From NCBI RefSeq assembly GCF_001194135.2, contig NC_068985.1:19008094-19054227 (forward strand): DNA of 46,134 nucleotides, written 5' to 3'. Both the position numbers and the translations under genes were made by a program. This DNA comes from Octopus bimaculoides (Eukaryota). Shown here piece by piece: positions 37,266-46,134 of the stretch (position 1 is its first letter; the number at the start of each line of letters is the position of its first letter). The notes below the pieces were generated by a model that saw only the letters and a list, made by a program, of their open reading frames with translations, searched no databases and was not told the DNA's origin.

Positions 37266-38682
37266 GTTAAGGATGCTGCCTCTTGTCGCTTCTGTACATA
37301 TTGACTTTAGAGCCACTACTGTGGAAGCTGGTGACGTTGAGGGGCATCCCACGAGAACTGGGATGTGGGAGAGGTGTGTCTGCATACGCAGATGACATCA
37401 CCATCATAGTGTTGAGCCACAGGCATATCGACCTGGTTAGCGAGACACTAAAAGAATACGAAGTGGTACGGGAGTGAAAATTAACTTGGAGAAGTCGGTG
37501 GGCTTGTGGCTTGGCACCTGGAGAGGCAGGCCCATGCTGTCTAGCAGCATCTCCGTTGTGGGACACTGGACTGATGGGCCGGTTAAACTTCTCGGGGTTT
37601 GGTTTGGACCAGACCTCCAAATGGAGAAGAACTAGGATGAGATAATGAGTAGGGTGGGTACTCTCACCCAGCAATGGGCCGAGAGAAAGCTACCCCTAAA
37701 AGGTTGGGTGGAGGTGGCGAACACGTACATCGCATCCGTCATCTATTACCACCTGACCGTTGTGCCTTGTCCCAACCCCCTACCGTCACCAAACCGGAAT
37801 GCATGCTCTTTCGCTTTTTGTAGAAGGGAAGTGCTCTGATGGTTAGGCAATCCATTTATTGTCAATACCCACTAAATGGAGGGCTGGGTATGCTGTGGTT
37901 GATGATGTGCTACATGTGCTGAGACTGCGACATCTCTGGTGCTTCATAGACGCTGTTTGTGAGGCACACTTTCTCGTAGCTCATCTCTTTGGTCATGAAT
38001 CAAACAGAGACCGCGGTTAGGCGAATGGCACTGTGAGTGCTGCCTTGCTCTCAATCAACTCTGCCGTCCGGGACCAAACTTGTGCGACTTCAATTCTACG
38101 AAGGCGTTCTATAGAGGATTAGTGGAGGGGAGGTGCGACAACTTTCTTGGGAAGAATCTGGGCATTGATGGGGAACACCTGACCCACCTCTTCAGGACAA
38201 TTTTTGGGCCTGGACCTATGGACAATCACCAGCGATCCCTGGCAGTGCTATTGGGAAGCATTGCCTGTTCAAGATAAGCTCTACAGGTACGGTTGAGATA
38301 CACCGGACTGACTTGCTCGACATGCGATCAGAGCGACGAAACTGTTCTGCACTGCACTCGTGCAGTGTGCAACCATTTCAGACCTGTGGGCTTATGTTGA
38401 ATGGCTGCTGTTAGGTGTGGCACGAGTTCGGTTATCGGCTGAGTCTATCGTGAATATTGCCCCGCCACCTTCCTTTAACCAGGAAGGCAAGGCAGTTTTC
38501 ATTGTACTGGTGGCTATGGTGAAAGAATGTGTATGGTGGACTCGTGCGAAAGGTTTAGAGACAAGCACTTTCCTCTCTGGCCAATTGTTCATCAACTTTT
38601 TCAAGTACCACTTGAAAGGAAAGGTGAGAATAGAGAGAGAAGTTTTGTCTCATAAAAGTTTCAATAAAAGGTGGGTGAATGT
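37262..38682 (+). mobile_element. 5'-truncated, frameshifted L1/Tx1-like LINE ORF2 (RT and C-terminal CCHC), running into an N gap
   Basis: LLYILTLEPLL, GVSAYADDITI (YADD 37385-37396), KINLEKSVGLWLG, VKLLGVWFG, WAERKLPLKGWVEVANTYIASVIYY, and CSTCDQSDETVLH..VQC (~38314-38370). Relatively GC/CpG-rich, so comparatively young. Confidence 0.9.
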
Positions 38683-39170
38683 NNNNNNNNNNNNNNNNNN
38701 NNNNNNNNNNNNNNNNNNNNNNNNNNNNNNNNNNNNNNNNNNNNNNNNNNNNNNNNNNNNNNNNNNNNNNNNNNNNNNNNNNNNNNNNNNNNNNNNNNNN
38801 NNNNNNNNNNNNNNNNNNNNNNNNNNNNNNNNNNNNNNNNNNNNNNNNNNNNNNNNNNNNNNNNNNNNNNNNNNNNNNNNNNNNNNNNNNNNNNNNNNNN
38901 NNNNNNNNNNNNNNNNNNNNNNNNNNNNNNNNNNNNNNNNNNNNNNNNNNNNNNNNNNNNNNNNNNNNNNNNNNNNNNNNNNNNNNNNNNNNNNNNNNNN
39001 NNNNNNNNNNNNNNNNNNNNNNNNNNNNNNNNNNNNNNNNNNNNNNNNNNNNNNNNNNNNNNNNNNNNNNNNNNNNNNNNNNNNNNNNNNNNNNNNNNNN
39101 NNNNNNNNNNNNNNNNNNNNNNNNNNNNNNNNNNNNNNNNNNNNNNNNNNNNNNNNNNNNNNNNNNNNNN

Positions 39171-39290
39171 TATATATATATATATTTGTGTCTGTGTTTA
39201 TCCCCCACCACCACTTGACAATCAGTGTTGGTATGTTTATGTTCCTATAACTTAGCAGTGTGGCAAAAAAGACAAAAAAAGTGAATTTAT
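39171..39290 (+). mobile_element. Type A SINE 3' half emerging from the N gap
   Basis: TGTGTTTATCCCCCACCACCACTTGACAATCAGTGTTGG..AACTTAGCAGTGTGGCAAAAAAGAC matches 10590-10670. Confidence 0.72.
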
Positions 39291-39374
39291 CTGACTACCC
39301 CAGTATTACAATATATATATATATATATGTATATATGTATATAATGTATGTATGTGTTTCTTTGTCTAAATTAT

Positions 39375-39394
39375 TTTTCTCTTTTATTCCTCAG
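39375..39394 (+). promoter_or_regulatory. Splice acceptor of the Nck coding exon
   Basis: Polypyrimidine tract TTTTTCTCTTTTATTCCT followed by CAG ending at 39394, 23 nt upstream of the Nck ATG. Confidence 0.8.
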
Positions 39395-39417
39395 ATGGTC
39401 TGTTATATGGTCCAAAG

Positions 39418-40377
39418 ATGGCGGAGGAGGTGATAGTCATTGCAAAATATGATTATAAGGCTGAAAATAGCCAAGAGTTGGACATTAAGAAGAATGAGAA
39501 GCTACGTCTTCTTGACGACAGTAAAGAATGGTGGAAAGTACAAAATATGCAAAGCAAATCTGGCTTTGTACCATCAAATTATGTCAAAAAATCAAAGCCT
39601 TCCTTCTTCTCTAGTTTACTCACTAGGAAAAAGAACAAATGTCCAGCTGCCAGCTACCAGGCTTCAAGAAATGGAGTTGCGGCACTTGACCAAAAAAGTC
39701 CAGGAGGTGCTGATATCCAGATTTGTGAACATGTACCGGCAATTGTCAAATATGGTTATCAAGCACAGCGTCCTGATGAAATATCATTAACAAAATCTGA
39801 GAAGGTGATAGTCATGCAAAAATCTATTGATGGATGGTGGCGTGGCCGAAAAGATAATGAAGAATATGGGTGGTTTCCATCCAACTACGTTGAGTTGGAA
39901 CAACCCTCTGACTTAGCACCTCCTCGTGTGGATTTTGGTGCAATGGAAGGGATAGAAGTTGTTACAGCTTTATATACTTTTAAACGTTCAAATCAAGAAG
40001 AACTTAGCTTTGAAAAAGGGGACCGTTTATTAATTGTTGAAAAACCTATTGAGGATCCTGATTGGTGGAAAGCACGGAACAAGTTTGACCATTTAGGTCT
40101 TGTACCACGTAATTATGTTCAATCAGTAGATGATATTGAATATGATACTGCAACCAATGACAGCTCATGTACTCCACACTCTCAGTCAGCTAGTAGTCTT
40201 TCTAATGCATCCTCACTCAGTGTGGTCGGCATGCCTAATCATAAACCACAGCATTTATCGGGACCTCTAGCTGATAAAGAGTGGTATTTTGGGAAAATAA
40301 CACGGACCCAGTGTGAAGAAATGCTTACAAAACACGCTGAAGATGGGGACTTCCTGATTCGAGATAGTGAATCTACA
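39418..40377 (+). CDS. nck: Nck/Dock SH2-SH3 adaptor protein, first coding exon (aa 1-320: SH3 x3 and the N-terminal part of SH2); partial CDS
   Basis: [39 protein letters not shown] closely resembles the Nck1 N-terminus. SH3-2 has [16 protein letters not shown]3-3 has [26 protein letters not shown], and SH2 starts [18 protein letters not shown]. The phase-0 donor ACA|GTAAGT is at 40377/40378, so the last 12 aa of the ORF-track protein are intronic. Confidence 0.96.
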
Positions 40378-40383
40378 GTAAGT
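40378..40383 (+). promoter_or_regulatory. Consensus splice donor GTAAGT
   Basis: Perfect consensus at the point where SH2 similarity ends and AT-rich sequence begins. Confidence 0.9.
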
Positions 40384-41251
40384 ATTGTTATTTATTATCT
40401 TTATTGTTTTGACTGACAATGTTATTTTGAAAACCAATTATCCATTAATTATTTTATACTTACTTCGTAATTAACTGATTATTTACAATATTTCAGTATT
40501 TTGTTTATTTGGGTGAAATAACTCTGGCATACTTCAGTTCTGAAGTATCTTCTAGTCTGGATGTTTGCTCTCTTTCTTTTCTTCTCTCTCACACTAAATT
40601 ATTATTTCTTCTTGATACAACTAAACAACTACTATAATAAATAAATGTTTAACCATATTTTAATCAAATTTATTTAAATGACCTGATTAAGTCATAACAA
40701 ATTCATCACTTCACTAAAAAAAAACCCCCAAAATATACTCCACATTACAACAATTGTTAACAATTCTCCCCTAAAAAAAAAAAAAAAAATTTTTGAGACT
40801 ATCATCATTTTATGTTCATTCTTCCATGCTGACATAGGTTGGACAGGCTATCAATGTCTTCGTCATTTTGCACACTGAACAAATGATCAACTTTGGTTTT
40901 GTGTATATCTTACAGTGTAGTGTTGGTATTGTTTTGTTTTTAGCATTCGAGGGTTTGTCCCGTGTGAGGAAGGCTAAAAAAAAATCCCTTCTTTCCTGTG
41001 TAGTGAGATGGGTGGCCTGCATCATGGCCCCCTATCCACTTCAGGTAATATTTCACAAGTTTGCTGTGTGAATAACAACAAAATTATTTACATAGTGAAC
41101 TTCATAACTCAAATAGTAAAATAATGAATGACTTTGTGAACATTCACTGGCTTCATTAATGACTCGAGCTGGAACTTCTATAAAATTGACTTAGATGCTG
41201 GCTATCTTGCCATTCCACTGAAGTTTTATATTAAATTGTTATTCATAATTA

Positions 41252-41392
41252 CAATAATGCCTCGATATATAAGTTAACTAATTCCTGGTGAATGCTCATA
41301 AAGTAAAAACTCATAAACAGAAAATAAAACTCATTAATACTTGCGAACCAGGTATGTCACAAAGCGGATCTTTGTAAAGTGAGATATTACTG
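41252..41392. mobile_element. Tigger/pogo-type MITE (141 bp)
   Basis: TA on both sides. Imperfect TIRs CAATAATGCCTCGATATATAAG / CTTTGTAAAGTGAGATATTACTG. Confidence 0.62.
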
Positions 41393-41899
41393 TATATTTC
41401 TGTTTATTTTTCTTTCCATGGTTGCTATTTTTCACTCAGAAACCATAATAGACTACAGACAGTTTAAAACAAAGTTCTCCATAACAAGTTGCACACACAA
41501 GATTCTAATCACAAAGAATAAAACTAAAATACTTAAACTCCTTGTAGCATCATTTTTAATCACATACTAATTCATTGTTCTACACTCAGGGGATACCAAG
41601 ATAACACTATACTGAAATTGCTTTCATTACTATTTGACAGAAACAAACAATAAATCTGAAGTTTGTGGTAAAATGTCTGCAATACTAATATTCTTATTAG
41701 GCCCGTACTCTGTACCGATTGGTAGCTTTTCTTAATACATTCTGAAGAATCAATCTACAATGCATTGCTTGAGCACTCGACATCTACCTCCAGTCATACA
41801 CGATCAAACTGAACAATTAAATGTTTGCAACATACTCAGACAGTTTCATTGCAATGGCTCTACAAAACATACCACAGCAGAAGGGTGATTAGAGTGTGC

Positions 41900-42470
41900 T
41901 GGGTCCATGGATCCTTGCTTGAATGTTCAGCTACATATATGTTTGTTTATTTTTCATATGACAGCTAGTTGAGAGTTCTCCAAGAATGGTGAGATTACTG
42001 TAGATGTCCCTTTAAAATGTCTATGGTTTTGTGTTTGAAAGAAGTGGCCCCAGCTGTAAAGGATATGGAAATAGTTCAGATGAGCAGAGACCATTGTAGC
42101 TGAGATAACACAGAATGCATACATGAGCCAGTGATTGAATCTTTGTTAGTCAGTCAGCTGGCTTTCTTTTAGATTTGATCATGTGATCATGTCTCATCCA
42201 TGATCTTTTAGATTTGGTCGAGGATGTTGCTTTGTAGCAACACTGTACCATAGATGGAGTCAACACCTTATGGATTTTACTTGAGGTTTGTAATGAGTTA
42301 GCAACTGACAGAGCGGAGTATTTCCTGGTTTCAAAGAAGAGCCTTGGTCTTTGTGATGTAGTTTTGGCAATGTTTTATATGAAAGATAATCAGTTTGAGA
42401 GCCTTAGTATTTGTTGCGACTTTGAGGGTTTTTGCTATATGCTATTCACAAACTAGAGTGTTACACCATA
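41900..42470 (-). mobile_element. Decayed CR1/L2-group LINE C-terminal fragment
   Basis: Minus strand: LLTHYKPQVKS (cf. LLxLYKAQVRP), HLWYSVA, ILDQI*K (cf. LDRIQ), YNGLCSSEL (~42072-42098). Confidence 0.65.
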
Positions 42471-43332
42471 CTATTTCCTTGATATAGATTGATTGATTTT
42501 TCTCATTCTTCTTGGTTGACATCAAGCTTCACTTTTACTTCATAGTTGAGTTTTTAGTGACAAGAAAGGAAGATACCTAATTGTGAAAACAATTGTCATA
42601 ACAATATGCAAAAATATTATTTAATAAAGCTGACCCATGTTATCATAAAAAATAGATGTATATTAAAAAGAAATATCTGATTATTACCTGGATGAGTTCT
42701 CTTTTCTTGCAACTGTAACGTAATTTGATTTAAAAAAAAAAACAAAAAGAGTTCAACTGCACGTGATCTCTTGTACTTGTATTTGGCAGAGCACTTTACT
42801 ATTTAAGAATCCAATTCAATATTCTTTATTACATTGAAAAGGTGGATACTTCCTATATCATTAATATTGTTAATTTTTTGAGCTGTCATTTTAATTGAAA
42901 TTGTTGTTACCTGTTGCAGTAGCATTTGAAATAAATATCTTACTATCTGGAACACCTGCCGGTTATGTTTGTACAAAATGGCGTAGTTTACTTTTCTTGA
43001 CGAACATTCTCTACATTACTACCTTGAAAGACAAATCTCATTCGTATATTATAAGTTATTTTTCAAAATATGATTTAGTTATTGGTCTAAGAGAGGCTAC
43101 TCTTGTCAATGTTACTAAAATTGTTGAATTTCTGAAATATGTAATATTTTGTTATTAGACGGATTATTTCTTTTCTAGATTAATGTTCAGATAGGTCTGT
43201 CTAGCATTTCTGGATTTACATATAATTATTTAATATTTTTTTGAGAATCTGATCATATTTCCACCCTTAATCTTTTAAACATTTTATTCTCAATCTAATT
43301 TAATCTTGTTTGAAGATCTAAGTATTGTTTAA

Positions 43333-43808
43333 CCCTTTAGCATTTAAACAGGCCATATCTGGCACAAATATTCTATCTATTTTATGTTCAAAGTGCCCAG
43401 ATTTGGCCTCTCACACCTATCCTACAATGTCAATCTAAAAATAAGCAATTACATCATTGAAAACTTGAAGCTACTAAGTAATGCATGGTTAACTCAAAAC
43501 AAGATGAATAAATAAGCATTACATTTGACAGAGTAATCGTCACCATTTAATGTTCTTTGTCCATGCTAGCATGGGTTGGAAGGGCTGGTAAGCTGGAAAG
43601 CTGCACCAGACTTCAGTCTGGTTTGGCATGGTTTTCTATGGTTTCATTTAACGTCCATTGTCCATGCTGGTATGGGTTGGAAGGTTTGACCAGAGCTGGT
43701 AAGCTGGAAGGCTGCACCAGACTCCAGTCTGGTTTGGCATGGTTTTCTATGGCTGAATGCCCTTTTCAATATCAACCACTGGGAGAGTGTAATCTGGATG
43801 CTAAAGGG
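43333..43808 (-). mobile_element. TTAA-targeting MITE, copy 3 (opposite orientation to copies 1-2), interrupted by a doubled type B SINE tail (43538-43793)
   Basis: TTAA at 43329-43332 and 43809-43812. TIRs CCCTTTAGCAT / ATGCTAAAGGG. The insert is bounded by GTAAT (43533-37, 43789-93) and holds two ~100-bp diverged units starting at ~43544 and ~43645. Confidence 0.85.
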
Positions 43809-45234
43809 TTAAACCACTTTTAATTTGTTTTCTTTATTTGATCTGGTTACATTCCATACCTATGTTTGTAGCTTTAAATTTAGACACAAGGAAATCTGTA
43901 ATGCAAATATTACCATCTGCAAAAGGATTATGGATTCTAATTTTTGTTCTATTTCTGAATCATTGTAAGAGAAAGGGGATTACATTTATTATTAATACAA
44001 ATAGAATGACAGAGATTGTTCTTGAAATATTCCTTTTGAAAAACTTACAGCATAATTGTTAATTGTAGTTTATTTGGCAGTTTGAGAAATTTGCCCACCA
44101 GATTAGTCAGTTTTCATCTTAGACAATTCCAGCTGCTGGAACTACGGAACAGAATTGAGTGCCTTCAGCTCTCATATCATATTGTTATTAGCTTTTGATT
44201 GTATTGTTTTGCTTCAAAGAGTATAATTTTATTTCTTAAACATGTTTGCAAATAGAATTCTAAATTATCATTTTACTAAGTTGTTAGTGTACAGTTCCTG
44301 TTAGACTTGTGATATATTGATAGCCAGTTAAGGGTATACGTGTCTGTGGAATACTCAACCACTTGCACATTAGAGAACAGACTTCCATTGATTGGGTCAA
44401 ATGGAACACTTATAGTTGACAGAGTGCCAGTCAACTTTGGGACGTAGTCTTCTCTTTTGTTTACATATGATCATTAGCAATATTATGAAGTATTTTCAGC
44501 ATTAGGTAAGTAAATGTTCTTTTCAGTTTTTGGCCAATGTCAAAATAGAAAACTTGAAGCTTTTCCATGATTCTAATTTTCTGCAGTTTATTTTGATTTG
44601 AGATAATCTATAATAATCTCGGCTGGTTTATTAATGTCAGTGTCCTTAATGAAATAATGTTGTGGAATATAACAATTTAAACAAATACAAATCAACCATT
44701 GTCTTTTAGCTTCAGAAACTTCCCTGTTGTTATGAACTGTGAAATCTGCATTACTCTGTAAAACCAACTCTTTAGCTACAAGAATCCTTTTCATCTCAGT
44801 AACGACTTTGACCAATTTGTATAGCCAAGAGATTTTGTTTTTATGTACCAGATTGAGTTTAAAGAACTATTGAAAGGTTATTGTGTTGAACCACTGACAG
44901 TGTTACAATGAGCTGATGTATCTGTGCAAGACACAATTTATGTAATTTTCTCTCACTGAACATGCATATTGTTTTTATTTGTAGAGGGGGTGGGCAGCAT
45001 ATACTCTAAATTCATCTTAATACTTTGTTATAATCCAATAGTGATGAATTTAACTGCTTAAAAGGACAAACAAACAAATTGGACAATATTATCAACTATT
45101 CTGAATTATTGAACTTTATTTTATATTAATTCGTACTCTGGAAAATGCATTTATGTTTTAAGATCTGAATGGTAAAAATCAATATAGCTCATACATTTGG
45201 TTAGGTCTTTATGAGTCCTAGAACTCATAAAGGC

Positions 45235-45640
45235 AGAGTTTAACCTGGTTTCTATGCTGTATAAAGTGACTGAGATTACAACACTGCCCACTGAATGGGA
45301 CACCTATCTGTTGCAGTTTTAACTTCCCAATTCTTGCTGGAACTCATTTGTAGCTGAGTAGATTGGAAAGTGCTTTACTTAAGAACACAATAGCTCCTTC
45401 CTTCCTGAATCATATATATACTCATAGGGCCAGTTTCTTGGTTTCTGTGACATGTCCTTTCCCCACTGGACAGAACACCAGTCCATCACAGGATTACTCA
45501 TTTTTGTCCACTGAGTGGACTGGAGCCATGTGAAATGAAATGTTTTGCTCATGAGCACAAGGCATTACCTGGTCCAGGAATTGAAACCACAATCTTATGA
45601 TCATGTGTCCAACACTCTAACCACTAAGCTATGTCTCTCT
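45235..45640 (-). mobile_element. Two adjacent SINE copies of another tRNA-derived family (45235-45395 partial; 45425-45640 with head)
   Basis: Minus-strand head TAGCTTAGTGGTTAGAGTGTTGGAC..GTGGTTTCAATTCCTGGACC and a CORE-like segment GTGCTCATGAGCAAAACATTTCATTTCAC..CTCCAGTCCACTCAG. Confidence 0.7.
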
Positions 45641-45666
45641 GCAAGAACACAGTGTACTGTCTAGTC

Positions 45667-45788
45667 CAGTGGTTCCCAAACTTTTTTAACTCCCGGCACA
45701 CCTTACAAGTAGTCAAATTATTTTGGCGCACTTTGTACATAAATTCTAAAATTTATTCAAAAGGGTTTTTATACATATTAGCATAGCA
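45667..45788 (+). mobile_element. Left end of a hAT (Charlie-like) element, interrupted by a Helitron
   Basis: TIR CAGTGGTTCCCAAACTTTTT, preceded by the 8-mer GTCTAGTC, close to the NTCTAGAN hAT-Charlie target preference. Confidence 0.7.
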
Positions 45789-46134
45789 TCTATACTATAA
45801 AAGGCAAATTTTCTCTGTGTGTGTGTATGTTTAAAATTCATACATTTACACAATTCCAAATTTCTTCGATTAAACAATCGCAATTAATATTCTAAATACA
45901 ATTTGTTAGGTCACTGCATCATTTTTTCACTCCCAAAATTTCCTAATAATGAATAAAATCCATAAAACTACAGCAGTAAACATTTTCTCCCTAATAAAAT
46001 CTAATTTCCTCTTTCTAATACAAATCCTTTCAACTCCTACTTTCTCTTATGAACATTTACGATCAATCCAACAACAAATACAAAAAGATCAAAACTGAAA
46101 CAATCACATTTCGATACTCTGACAGATACTAAAA
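45789..46134 (+). mobile_element. 5' end of a Helitron-like element (continues beyond window)
   Basis: A|TCTATACTATAAAAGGC followed by a short (TG)n, the typical 5'-TC start of invertebrate non-autonomous Helitrons. Confidence 0.6.

Larger units (their letters stand above)
1558..39170. other. Assembly gaps: 1558-1844, 5749-6660, 7612-7621, 15800-15809, 31700-31709, 32399-32428, 38683-39170
   Basis: Runs of N. ORFs full of X across them are artefacts. Confidence 0.99.

Noticed and set aside
39790-39800. Ser in place of the usual Gly in SH3-2 (LTKSEKV) as a possible A-to-I recoding site
   Set aside because: The codon is TCT, so A-to-I editing cannot convert it to Gly.
40378-40416. C-terminal [12 protein letters not shown] of the 332-aa ORF, and a possible intronic polyA isoform (AATAAA at 40636-40645)
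   Set aside because: It lies beyond a perfect GTAAGT donor and has no SH2 similarity. AATAAA is expected by chance in this AT-rich intron.
40816-41071. Overlapping 67-69 aa ORFs as a nested small gene
   Set aside because: The minus-strand ORF ends in a type B SINE tail (CCAACCTATGTCAGCATGGAAG). No recognisable domain or supporting splice structure.
44588-44815. 75-aa minus-strand ORF with a CLNC...H motif suggesting a Gag zinc knuckle
   Set aside because: The CCHC spacing is incomplete and no other retroelement motifs are nearby.
342-45789. Helitron capture of the Nck exon
   Set aside because: The termini are in the wrong order (3' end upstream, 5' end downstream) to enclose the gene.
1-46134. 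CRISPR array, prokaryotic operon or horizontally acquired gene cluster
   Set aside because: No regularly spaced repeat-spacer structure and no dense ORFs. The sequence is spliceosomal-intron-containing animal DNA.

Overview
AT-rich, microsatellite- and SINE-dense animal genomic DNA with seven N gaps. The SINE types and composition point to a cephalopod, most likely Octopus (inference). One host coding exon is visible: a 983-nt + strand exon (39395-40377) encoding the first 320 aa of an Nck/Dock adaptor (SH3-SH3-SH3 plus the start of the SH2). The remaining SH2 exon lies beyond the window and no upstream exon was recognised, so almost everything else is probably intronic or upstream DNA. That DNA is a transposon graveyard: an internally deleted piggyBac with intact TTAA/TIR ends, three copies of a TTAA-targeting MITE, Helitron ends, hAT and pogo/Tigger remnants, two Penelope-like elements, L1/Tx1-, CR1-, RTE- and I/Jockey-like LINE fragments, and many tRNA-derived SINEs. 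I found no novel protein-coding system. The best leads are RNA-level: (1) a near-canonical minimal type I hammerhead ribozyme at 24407-24449, sense to Nck and inside a short hairpin-rich element; (2) a 23-bp near-perfect hairpin at 12160-12214; (3) an out-of-frame uORF at the start of the Nck exon that would become the in-frame C-terminus if the exon were back-spliced. All TE family assignments come from manual translation and motif recall, not database searches, and most TE boundaries are approximate.
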